41,951 nt of DNA, taken from the IMG/VR virus record IMGVR_UViG_3300008111_001458; one strand, given 5' to 3'. Positions 32,946 to 41,951 of this stretch are shown in pieces. This DNA is from a virus (Duplodnaviria; Heunggongvirae; Uroviricota; Caudoviricetes). The stretch's first letter is position 1. Every line of letters starts with the position of its first letter. A program made the translations under genes and the position numbers. The notes beneath the pieces are model-generated. The model had not been told where the DNA came from. It saw only the letters and a program-made list of their open reading frames with translations, and did not search any database.

Positions 32946-33237
32946 AAAAGTCAAGCAAAATCTAGATCGTAGAGGTAAAGGTTATGGAATTAAAGTAGGA
33001 GTAAAAACTACTGGATGTTCTGGCTTTGCATATGTTTTAGAGTATGTGGATAATCCTATAGAAGAAGATATGAGTTTTGTCAGTGAGGGTGTTCATATCT
33101 TTGTAGATCCAAAAGCACTACCGTATCTAGACGGAATGACTATGGATTGGTTTAGAAAAGGTCTAAACGAAGGATTTGATTTTGTAAATCCTAAAGAACG
33201 TGATCGCTGTGGCTGCGGCGAAAGCTTTAGAATTTAA
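32917..33237 (+). CDS. iscA: Fe-S cluster assembly accessory protein
   Basis: GVKTTGCSG, CGCGESF. Confidence 0.95.
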   Translation: MISLTPLAAKKVKQNLDRRGKGYGIKVGVKTTGCSGFAYVLEYVDNPIEEDMSFVSEGVHIFVDPKALPYLDGMTMDWFRKGLNEGFDFVNPKERDRCGCGESFRI

Positions 33238-33575
33238 ACTTTTCCCACCGGAATATCAACGCTAGCGGGCATGTCCCAGATTTTCTTACGCTCAACTCCT
33301 TTACGTTGAGCAAATTTTTTAGAATCGCATTCAGCACAACAATGAAAATAGTGATTACTTAGACGTTTAGTCTGTATCTTTTTTAATTCTCTTTCAAAGT
33401 TTTTTCCGCAGTTATCACAGATAAAAAGAGCAATGGTCTTTTTTCTTTGGTATTCGTGAACAGTACCCAATTTGCTAGGACGCTGATAGATTACTGTTAC
33501 AATTTCACTTTTGATATACATGACAATATTTACGTTAGGCTTATAGATTTTTTGAATAAATATTACGGTAACCAC
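33234..33575 (-). CDS. Hypothetical Cys-rich (zinc-ribbon-like) protein
   Basis: CDNCGKNF...HCCAEC; true start may be the downstream ATG. Confidence 0.65.
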   Translation of the reverse strand: MVTVIFIQKIYKPNVNIVMYIKSEIVTVIYQRPSKLGTVHEYQRKKTIALFICDNCGKNFERELKKIQTKRLSNHYFHCCAECDSKKFAQRKGVERKKIWDMPASVDIPVGKV

Positions 33576-33594
33576 ATTTTATTGGGGCTTTAGC

Positions 33595-36500
33595 ATGGTA
33601 AGAAAAGTAATTGACGTTGGCCTATCCAACAACGACGGCACAGGCGATAGTATTCGCGATTCGTTTAAGAAAGTAAACGACAACTTCCAAGAATTATATG
33701 CATCACTTGGTTTAGGTGAAAGACTTAGATTTATTAATTTAGATGATGCTCCGGGATCCTATCTTAATCAACAGGGAAAACTGTTAGTTGTTAATCAAAC
33801 ACAAGACGGCCTTGAATTTAGAAGAATTCAAGGTACAGCACAATTAGCTATTGATGTTGACGACACTGCCGGAACTATTACATTAAGACCGTTAAATCAA
33901 GACATTATAAATGATACAACTCCACAACTAGGTGGAGAATTAGATGCTAGACAAAACAGAATTAGAAATTTACCCACACCAGTTTCGGATTCTGATGCAT
34001 CAACTAAAAAATATTCAGATAGTAAGATAGCCGTTGCAGGTGTTGATGCTATCAACCCAGAAACCGGATTAAATGATGAGTCATACGGAACTATGACTGG
34101 GCCTTTGGTTCTTTCTAGAAATCCAATTACTGCAGATGATGAAGATTACGACGGGTTAGTTGCAGCATCAAAAAGATATGTTGACCTTTCAAGTTTTACC
34201 AGTACAACTTCATTGTATGTAAACCGAGGAGGACAGGATTCTAGAAATGATATTCCTGAAAATAGAATTGGTAGATCACCAGCATATGCATACAGAACTG
34301 TCGAAAAGGCTTTAAAAGAAGCTGAAAAACTTATTGCCGACAGTCCGTTTGAACTCAGCGTATATGCAAAAAGATTAGTGTACAGTGACGGTATCCCTTG
34401 TACTTTAACCAAAATTGAACCAGCATTAAATGCAGGGTCCGGCGGTGTAATCATTCCTCGATTAGCTGTAGACACTTTTACACTAAGAAATTCCGGTACT
34501 GGTTATAAAGCTGGTGATATTTTACAAATGGGATTGGCTTCAAATCCTGGAACATTTACCAGCAGAGCAAGTGTACGCATTCTTCGTGTTAGTAATGTAA
34601 ATGGAGCTATACTTACATATGAAATTATTGGTAACGGAAATTATACCGGATTACCTGGAGTTTCCGACGTCGGTACCACATTGTCTGTGGCGCAACAAGG
34701 ATCTGTTGGTGCTGGTGCTACCTTTAATTTAACGTATAGAGTATCAGAATTATCAATAACCACAGCAGGTTCTAACTACGGTCCGGTTAGTATCATTATC
34801 ACCGGTGGTGGAGGTAGTGGTGCTGCTGCATCTGCTATTGTTTCAAGTGGTCAAATTGTTGGCACCACACTATTACAATCAGGTAGTGGGTACACCTCTC
34901 TTCCTACTGTTGAAGTTTACCTTCCTAGATTATTTGTGTTTACCAACGGTGCTAGAACAGATTTTTCAGCATCAAACGATCCTCTAGCTAGAGATATTAG
35001 AGAAGGGTTAGGTATTAAAGGATCAACCTCTGGAGCAGTAGCAGAAATACTATCGCACAATGCTATTTTAGACGATTCGGCGGGAGGATATCCTTCGGGT
35101 ACTGGTAAGAACGAAATTTTTGATGTAGGTATCCTTAGCGGACAATTTATACCCGGGGAAGAATTATTGTATGGCGAATTAATCAAAACAAAACAACTTA
35201 CTGTTCAAATTGAATCGGGATCATTTGAAGAAAACTATCCGTTGAGAGTTGCTAATAACGTTTCTATTATTGGTGAAGAATTTCGTAGAACATTAATTAG
35301 ACCAAAACCTGGAGTTAGTACCAGTCCTTATACTCAGGTTTATTTTAGACGCGATCCGATCATTGATAACATGAGAGTTACTAATTTATTTGGTATTAAT
35401 TATGCTATCGACACAACAGCAACACCGAGTGCTATTAATGGAGACATTACTGTCACTTTGGGTGCAGGGTCAACAAACACTAATTGGGTCGGAAAAATTT
35501 GGAAATCATCTAGTTTGCGAGGCGAAGGAAGAATTTTATCTATTACTAATTCTACACAATTCCAAGTTAGAATTCATGATGATTTAACTGGTACCACAAC
35601 TATTCCTGCCGGAGCAGTATTTACAGCTACAATTTCTGGAACTACTTTAACAGTATTATCTCCGCCAACAAGCGGGTCGTTGACAGCAGGAATGGAGATA
35701 AACGCTGTTGGATCAACAGTCGTTTATATTGGTACTAGTATATTAAGACAGTTAACAGGAACCACTGGAGGGGCAGGAACTTACGAACTTAGTAGAGGTT
35801 CTAAAATTACTAACGCAACGTCCATGTTTGCTTCTAACTGGCAAATTTATTCTGTTAGTGAATACGGTTATCATTACCTATCTGATCCAAGTAGACCTAT
35901 TTGGCCATTGTTAGAAAACACTGGTCGATTAGTTAATGCAGCAACTCTTTTAAGAAGAAATAGAACATTTTTACAAGAAGAAGTTTTAAATGAAGTTATA
36001 AAAACTTTTACATCATTTAATACGGCCACTTGTAAAAGAGATGTAGGTCTTATAATTGATGCTATTGTTTATGACATGACCTATGGCGGCTATAGTAGAA
36101 CTGTCGAAGCTGCATTAAAATATTATCAAAGTCCTAGTGGTAGACTATCCATTGGTATTAGCGGAACTCCAGAGACTGGATTTATTGATCTTCCAGCTCA
36201 GGGAAATCAGAAAGGTCCCACTTTAGGTGCAATATCTTATCTTAATACGCTGACATTAAAAGTTATTAAAAATGAGCCTATAACCAGAACAAATACTAAT
36301 CCAGAGGCATTTCAAGAAATTAATTTTTCATTAACAAGAGAACCTGCTGCAGAAGGCATCCTGAACAATTTAATAAATGTTATTTTAGGAATGCTTGGTA
36401 GTCCAGAACAGGTAAATTTCCCCAAGGATAATAGAGAACTTGATGTGTTTATGATGAATGATGCTAATATTCTTCGTCAAATTACAATTCAAGGACACGG

Positions 36501-39500
36501 GGGGTTTGCACAGGTTCTTGATCCAGAAGGTCAAATTTTAAATAAATCACCGTACTCTCAACAGGGATCGGTATTCTCAGCTAGTACCAATGAACAAAGA
36601 TTTGCGGGCGGTATGTTTGTTGACGGTTATTCCGGCAATCAAATGATGAGAATACGCAGCAAAACCACAACAGGTAGTGAAGCTAATTATGTCTTTGAAG
36701 TAGACAAACTTAATAGAAGACCTCAATTACCATGTCCTTTTACTGTTGAGGGTGTAACATACATTGTCAACTACCTACGTAATTTTGTTTACAGTGTGGG
36801 AGCAAATGGATCTGCTGCTACTTTAGTTTTAGATAGTTCTACTCCGTATACGAATGCTATAGCTGGTATTATAACTCCGTGTACAGTCACAGGCGATGGA
36901 ACTTATGCTAGATTAACTTTCCCTTTAGCCAGAGCTAGTGCTCCGTTTACCGTAGGAAACATGATTGATGTCAGCGGATTTGTTAGTACTGCGGTTGGAT
37001 ATAATGGCGTATGGACCGTTACAGCCTGTACCACTACCTATGTTGAGTGGCTCAGTGGTGAAACTGTTTCAAGTAGTGGAGGAACAGTAGCGGAAAGTTT
37101 TGAATTAATTACAGCAGGATATAGAAGTTTATTAAGCAATGACTGGACCCAATTAAATGACATGGGCTACGGGTTGTTTGTTACCAACGGTGGTATTAGT
37201 GAAGCTGTTGGTATGTTTACCTACTATTGCTACAATGCATACTATTCTTTAAATGGCGGTCAAATCCGTTCAGTTGGAGGTTCGGCAGCACACGGTGTGT
37301 ATGCTTTAAGAGCAGAAGGTTCTGATCCTAAAGAAGTTCCTGATGCATGTATTGTCGGTAGAGATTTTATTATGACCGCTAGTGTGTATTCTCAAGGGCA
37401 ATACACTAATGCTAGGGGTGATAATGAACTCTATGTTACTAATTTTCCGTACGAACCATTAGTTGACAGTGAATTAGAAATCCTTCATTATAGAAATCTT
37501 ACCGCAGCAGACGGATTGCCAATTACACAAATTGCTCAGAGCGGAACAAAAACTGTTTTAAGTATTGCAAATGCCGATCAATATTTCCAGGCTAGAGAAT
37601 TTGTTCAAATTAACGGCATTGTATCGAGTGCCAGTCAAGCGGCGGTGTTTAATTACAATCAAAAAATTAGTACCAATGATAGCGGAACTTTTAGAGTTGA
37701 TTCTGTTACCTCAACAACTTTAACTATCGATGCTTCAAGTGTTGGAACATTAGCTACACCTGGTATTACATTAACTAGTCCAATATCGTTCTCTAACGGA
37801 GTAGTTACAGCAACGTTTGCTAGCCAAACACAAAATCCATATGTTACTGGTCAAAAGATTAGAGTCAGTGGTATTACTGTTAGCGGCGGTGCTGGAACCG
37901 TTACTGGTGCAACTGTAACCGGAAATGCAACAACTGGAATCGCAACTATTACCTATTCAGATAGAGCTGTTCCTTTTGCAGTTGGTCAAATAATTTCAAT
38001 TGCTAGTTTTGCCACTGGTGGATTTAATAATGCTACAGCTCAAGTATTAAGTTGTACTAGAACCACGTTAACTTACAGTAATGCCACAGCCGGTACCAAT
38101 GTAACCGGTGGTGTTTTAACTCCTAGCTATAATACTGAGCTTGGTGTTGTAACTGCGGTAACGCAAACTACAGTGTCATATAGTTTAGGTGCAGTTACTC
38201 CCGGAACTTATTCCAGTGGTGGAGCACTAAACGCAATGATTAGAGCAACCGGAGTTAGAAGAATCTATGCAATCAATAGTGCTAACTACGGCGATGGTTC
38301 AAGCTTTGGTGGAATACCAAATGGAACTGCTAGAGTGTTTTTTGAACCACTGGTTACACAACCAGGTGAGACTGGACTCTATGCCAGTGTTCAAGACGGT
38401 CAACCTGTAATTATTAGACAGTCTAGACAGGTATGGCTAAACGGGGTAAGCAATACTTCCGCTGCTAAAAAATCAACAGCACTGTTGTTTAACGCTGATA
38501 ATCCTTCCACTGATGTTATCGATGTTATTTCGTATACTACCGGCGGACTAGTAAACAGAATTAGTCCAAATGAAGAGGTGATTGCAGCCTGTAGAGAAGG
38601 CTATCGTTATATTGATTTAACCGCAGCTAACGTACAAAGAAAGGTAGGTAACGATTATTATGGATCTGTTGGATCAACTAATGTAACCGTAAGTACTATT
38701 ACAAACACATTTGATATCGCTAAATTAAATTCTGGTAGATATTGTTTCCATTGGTATGGAGTACAATATCGTGTGCTATCATATACTGCCCCAAACAGTC
38801 CAACCGCAGCATTTGTCACATTAGATCGAACATTACAACATCCGTTAACTGGTTACAATAGTCAAATTACAGTTCTTGTTGGACCTAAACACGGAGAAAC
38901 TGGTTCTATTACCATTAAAATTTCCACATTAAGGGCTACAGCGTTTGACCTGTTAGATATTGGGTCGGGAAGTTACGCAGACACTAACTACCCAAATAAT
39001 ATATTTGGGCCACCAGTTAATGCCAACCAACCTAACAATGAAGCTGCTGAAGTAGGAAAAGGTCGTGTATTTTATACAACTATCGATCAAGAAGGTAACT
39101 TTAAAGTTGGTAAATTGTTTGGAGTAAATCAATCAACCGGTGAGGCAACTTTAAGTGCTAGAATTTCCTTAACAAATATTGCATCTTTACAATTATCACA
39201 AGGTGTGCCAATTTCAGAATTTTCAGCTGATGGAAATTTTAGCAGTCCAAGTGCCGGAACTGTAGCTACTCAATTGGCCACAAAGCTATACATTGATAGA
39301 AGATTAGGTCATGATGGAACAGCAGCATTAACCGTTGACCGTATTGGTCCAGGGTTCATTGACACTGACGGCGATAACGCAATGGCCAATAACCTAAATA
39401 TGGGTAATGCTGGCCGTATTATTAACATGAAGAATCCGCAATCAGACAATGATGCGGCTACAAGACGTTGGATTAGTATTCCTCACTTAAATGGAAATGT

Positions 39501-41352
39501 TGGTTCAGTATCAATTCCCAACTGTTCAGTTGTTGGTAATGGTACTACTGCAACCGTAACATTTAGTGCTACTCAAGGAAGTGCACCGTTTGTTACTGGT
39601 CAGGTGATAGGAATTACAGGTTTTTCAATAGCCGGGTTTAATAATGACGAAGCTGTTGTTTTAACATGTAACACTACAGGATTAACTTATTCAAATACTA
39701 CTTCTGGTGGACCTGCTACTGGAGGAAAAATTAGTTCGGTTGGACGAGGAAACTTATTAGTTTATACCGGAACAAATAATTCTGATATCAATGAAACAAA
39801 CGTTGCTACAGAAGGTTTTGTAAATGCTGCGGTAACTGGTGATCTCGATATCACTCTTGATCAATCATTAAGAACAATTAATTTCCAGTTAGTTAATGAA
39901 ACTGTTGTTAATTCTGATATTAATTCATCGGCAGCAATTGAACAAAGAAAATTAGATATCACAAATAGTAAAGCAACTACTAGTTCATCAATTAGTAATG
40001 TGTCGGCAACTTCTACTGGTGGTATAGTTACAGTTACATACTCCGCTCAAACTGATTCTGTAACTGGTAATTCAGCAGTACCTGTAACAGCAGGTGATAG
40101 AGTTATTATTAGCGGATTTGCTAACAGTACTTTAAATGGTGTATTCACTGTTAATTCAAGTCCTACTCCTTCAGGTACATCATTTACATATAATGCAACT
40201 ACAACACCTTCTGTAATCTCAAGTGGACAGACAACAGGTGTAATTACTCTACAGAGAGGAGTAAGCACATTTGACCGAGGACAGTTTACTGTAACAAATG
40301 GTTATGCGTCAATTAAAAATAACGGTGTTCAATTAGGAAAACTTGTACCGATTAATCAAAATCGAGTATTGGGATATACAGGTGCTACTCAAACCGGTGA
40401 TGTTGGTGAAATTACACTAACTGCTGTTGTAAGTGGTGGTGGCGGAATTACCAAAGGATTATATACCTCGGCTGGTGTACTTTATGCCAAAGTTGGAGGG
40501 TCTCAAAATGATGCTGATTTTATTGTTTTACCAACCGAATCAACTACTTACACTACAAGTAATACAGCTAACAGTGTTCAAAATTTAGTTGCTAGAAACA
40601 ACAATGGAAATGTAGGACTTAATGATTTAATTCTTGATGGTGATCTATACTTAAGTAGATCAACAATTGGCAGCGGCGCTGATTATAAATTATTAACCAT
40701 AACCGCCGGTAGTGGTTTTAAATCAGCAACTTACTACGGTGCAGGTTCAGTAGCTAAAGGAAGAATTACTATTCAGGTTAGTGACTCTGGTACTAGCAAT
40801 GATATTACCAAATATTTTAACAATAAACATGTGTTTATTGGTTCAGACGGTATTCAAGACGGTGTTGTTGTAACCAAAGCTCTATCAGCTGGTGAAGATT
40901 TAGCAGATAACAATGGTGGCAAAGTCTACGGCAACTGGACATTGAATGGTAACAGTAAATTTGAAGCTACCTATGCTGACTTGGCAGAATACTATGAAGC
41001 AGATCGAGAATATGATGTAGGCACTGTGTTGGTGTTTGGCGGAGACAAAGAAGTTACAACTTCAAATGTTAAAAACGATCACAGGGTAGCAGGTGTTGTT
41101 TCTAATACTGCTGCCTACACAATGAATCAAGCATGTCCGGGTATTAAGACCTGCGTAGCACTACAGGGTCGATTACCAGTTAAGGTAGTAGGAAAAGTAA
41201 ACAAAGGGGATCTAATTGTCACATCGGGCATACCAGGTGTGGCGATGGCAGCGACTGGAGACGTCAAAGTTGGTACGTTGATAGGTAAGGCCATTGGATC
41301 TTACGATTCGGACAGAATTGGAACTGTTGAAGTCTCAGTGGGAAGAACATAA
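33595..41352 (+). CDS. Giant virion protein (baseplate/tail-fibre-like) with putative C-terminal intramolecular chaperone
   Basis: N-terminal NDGTGDSIRDSFKKVNDNFQELY motif typical of T4-like baseplate/fibre proteins; C-terminal ADLAEYYEAD...GTVLVFGG...ALQGR.PVKV; ATAAATA at 33556-33562. Confidence 0.8.
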   Translation: MVRKVIDVGLSNNDGTGDSIRDSFKKVNDNFQELYASLGLGERLRFINLDDAPGSYLNQQGKLLVVNQTQDGLEFRRIQGTAQLAIDVDDTAGTITLRPLNQDIINDTTPQLGGELDARQNRIRNLPTPVSDSDASTKKYSDSKIAVAGVDAINPETGLNDESYGTMTGPLVLSRNPITADDEDYDGLVAASKRYVDLSSFTSTTSLYVNRGGQDSRNDIPENRIGRSPAYAYRTVEKALKEAEKLIADSPFELSVYAKRLVYSDGIPCTLTKIEPALNAGSGGVIIPRLAVDTFTLRNSGTGYKAGDILQMGLASNPGTFTSRASVRILRVSNVNGAILTYEIIGNGNYTGLPGVSDVGTTLSVAQQGSVGAGATFNLTYRVSELSITTAGSNYGPVSIIITGGGGSGAAASAIVSSGQIVGTTLLQSGSGYTSLPTVEVYLPRLFVFTNGARTDFSASNDPLARDIREGLGIKGSTSGAVAEILSHNAILDDSAGGYPSGTGKNEIFDVGILSGQFIPGEELLYGELIKTKQLTVQIESGSFEENYPLRVANNVSIIGEEFRRTLIRPKPGVSTSPYTQVYFRRDPIIDNMRVTNLFGINYAIDTTATPSAINGDITVTLGAGSTNTNWVGKIWKSSSLRGEGRILSITNSTQFQVRIHDDLTGTTTIPAGAVFTATISGTTLTVLSPPTSGSLTAGMEINAVGSTVVYIGTSILRQLTGTTGGAGTYELSRGSKITNATSMFASNWQIYSVSEYGYHYLSDPSRPIWPLLENTGRLVNAATLLRRNRTFLQEEVLNEVIKTFTSFNTATCKRDVGLIIDAIVYDMTYGGYSRTVEAALKYYQSPSGRLSIGISGTPETGFIDLPAQGNQKGPTLGAISYLNTLTLKVIKNEPITRTNTNPEAFQEINFSLTREPAAEGILNNLINVILGMLGSPEQVNFPKDNRELDVFMMNDANILRQITIQGHGGFAQVLDPEGQILNKSPYSQQGSVFSASTNEQRFAGGMFVDGYSGNQMMRIRSKTTTGSEANYVFEVDKLNRRPQLPCPFTVEGVTYIVNYLRNFVYSVGANGSAATLVLDSSTPYTNAIAGIITPCTVTGDGTYARLTFPLARASAPFTVGNMIDVSGFVSTAVGYNGVWTVTACTTTYVEWLSGETVSSSGGTVAESFELITAGYRSLLSNDWTQLNDMGYGLFVTNGGISEAVGMFTYYCYNAYYSLNGGQIRSVGGSAAHGVYALRAEGSDPKEVPDACIVGRDFIMTASVYSQGQYTNARGDNELYVTNFPYEPLVDSELEILHYRNLTAADGLPITQIAQSGTKTVLSIANADQYFQAREFVQINGIVSSASQAAVFNYNQKISTNDSGTFRVDSVTSTTLTIDASSVGTLATPGITLTSPISFSNGVVTATFASQTQNPYVTGQKIRVSGITVSGGAGTVTGATVTGNATTGIATITYSDRAVPFAVGQIISIASFATGGFNNATAQVLSCTRTTLTYSNATAGTNVTGGVLTPSYNTELGVVTAVTQTTVSYSLGAVTPGTYSSGGALNAMIRATGVRRIYAINSANYGDGSSFGGIPNGTARVFFEPLVTQPGETGLYASVQDGQPVIIRQSRQVWLNGVSNTSAAKKSTALLFNADNPSTDVIDVISYTTGGLVNRISPNEEVIAACREGYRYIDLTAANVQRKVGNDYYGSVGSTNVTVSTITNTFDIAKLNSGRYCFHWYGVQYRVLSYTAPNSPTAAFVTLDRTLQHPLTGYNSQITVLVGPKHGETGSITIKISTLRATAFDLLDIGSGSYADTNYPNNIFGPPVNANQPNNEAAEVGKGRVFYTTIDQEGNFKVGKLFGVNQSTGEATLSARISLTNIASLQLSQGVPISEFSADGNFSSPSAGTVATQLATKLYIDRRLGHDGTAALTVDRIGPGFIDTDGDNAMANNLNMGNAGRIINMKNPQSDNDAATRRWISIPHLNGNVGSVSIPNCSVVGNGTTATVTFSATQGSAPFVTGQVIGITGFSIAGFNNDEAVVLTCNTTGLTYSNTTSGGPATGGKISSVGRGNLLVYTGTNNSDINETNVATEGFVNAAVTGDLDITLDQSLRTINFQLVNETVVNSDINSSAAIEQRKLDITNSKATTSSSISNVSATSTGGIVTVTYSAQTDSVTGNSAVPVTAGDRVIISGFANSTLNGVFTVNSSPTPSGTSFTYNATTTPSVISSGQTTGVITLQRGVSTFDRGQFTVTNGYASIKNNGVQLGKLVPINQNRVLGYTGATQTGDVGEITLTAVVSGGGGITKGLYTSAGVLYAKVGGSQNDADFIVLPTESTTYTTSNTANSVQNLVARNNNGNVGLNDLILDGDLYLSRSTIGSGADYKLLTITAGSGFKSATYYGAGSVAKGRITIQVSDSGTSNDITKYFNNKHVFIGSDGIQDGVVVTKALSAGEDLADNNGGKVYGNWTLNGNSKFEATYADLAEYYEADREYDVGTVLVFGGDKEVTTSNVKNDHRVAGVVSNTAAYTMNQACPGIKTCVALQGRLPVKVVGKVNKGDLIVTSGIPGVAMAATGDVKVGTLIGKAIGSYDSDRIGTVEVSVGRT

Positions 41353-41951
41353 TGGCTAAAAAAACTATAAACACACAACAACCGCAGGATTTTATCAACG
41401 TTGGTTCTGCACCTAACAGCAAAGACGGAGACAGTTTACGGGCAGCATTTGCTAGATTAAATGATGCTATTGATAATATTGATTCCAACTTTTCAGAATT
41501 ATATACCGCGGTTGGACAGCCTGTTGATGGTAATCTTAAAACTGACATTGTTGGTAGTGTATTTGGTGATGACAGCAGTTTGTTAGTCGATGGAGTAATG
41601 AACAGAATCGTTGGACCTGTTTACAATGCTGTTGGTAATATAAAAATCACAGGCGGAACTGTTGGACAGATTTTAAGGACTGATGGTAGTGGTAATTTAA
41701 GTTGGGTTACTACTTCACAATTTAGTGGTAATTACAACGACTTAACAAATAAACCAACTATACCTACCAGCTTTGATAGACTATCTAATAGCGGTGATGA
41801 AGTTATTTTAATTGGTGGAGCTAATCCGTTCGTTACTTTTCCTGCCATTACGGGCGGCGATCAACTAATAATACAAGGTGCTGAAGTTAGTTCAGTGTCA
41901 GGCAGTCTTGCACTTACTTCACAGGACAACCTTAACATAATAGCCAACGGG
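41352..41951 (+). CDS. Virion structural protein, 3'-truncated by window edge
   Basis: TAATG coupling; INVGSAPNSKDGDSLRAAF...NFSELY motif; no stop within the window. Confidence 0.75.
   Translation, partial: MAKKTINTQQPQDFINVGSAPNSKDGDSLRAAFARLNDAIDNIDSNFSELYTAVGQPVDGNLKTDIVGSVFGDDSSLLVDGVMNRIVGPVYNAVGNIKITGGTVGQILRTDGSGNLSWVTTSQFSGNYNDLTNKPTIPTSFDRLSNSGDEVILIGGANPFVTFPAITGGDQLIIQGAEVSSVSGSLALTSQDNLNIIANG

Overview
AT-rich segment of a large tailed dsDNA phage genome with T4-like early/late promoter logic. The host is probably proteobacterial, inferred from an rpoZ homologue and sigma70-type promoters. Layout: (1) 1-6.6 kb, two convergent operons with five radical SAM enzymes, a PIG-L deacetylase and an unknown ORF. 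(2) 6.7-17.8 kb, an array of 28 tRNAs covering all 20 amino acids plus a tRNA-like RNA. It is interspersed with several structured non-coding elements, small ORFs, a phage RNAP omega subunit, SGNH hydrolases and phosphatases. (3) 17.9-23.1 kb, an Hc1-like protein, thyX and hypothetical early genes. (4) 23.2-28.5 kb, virion/tail proteins. (5) 28.5-33.6 kb, queD with a riboswitch-like leader, a glycosyltransferase-like gene, UvsE, SOD, IscU and IscA. (6) 33.6 kb to the end, a 2585-aa virion protein and the start of another. The most striking feature heads the tRNA array: a perfect sigma70 promoter, then a 46-codon leader ORF using all 20 amino acids and 38 different codons. The leader overlaps an antiterminator that competes with an intrinsic terminator. 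This is a candidate attenuator that senses shortage of any tRNA. All calls come from reading motifs by eye; no searches were run.
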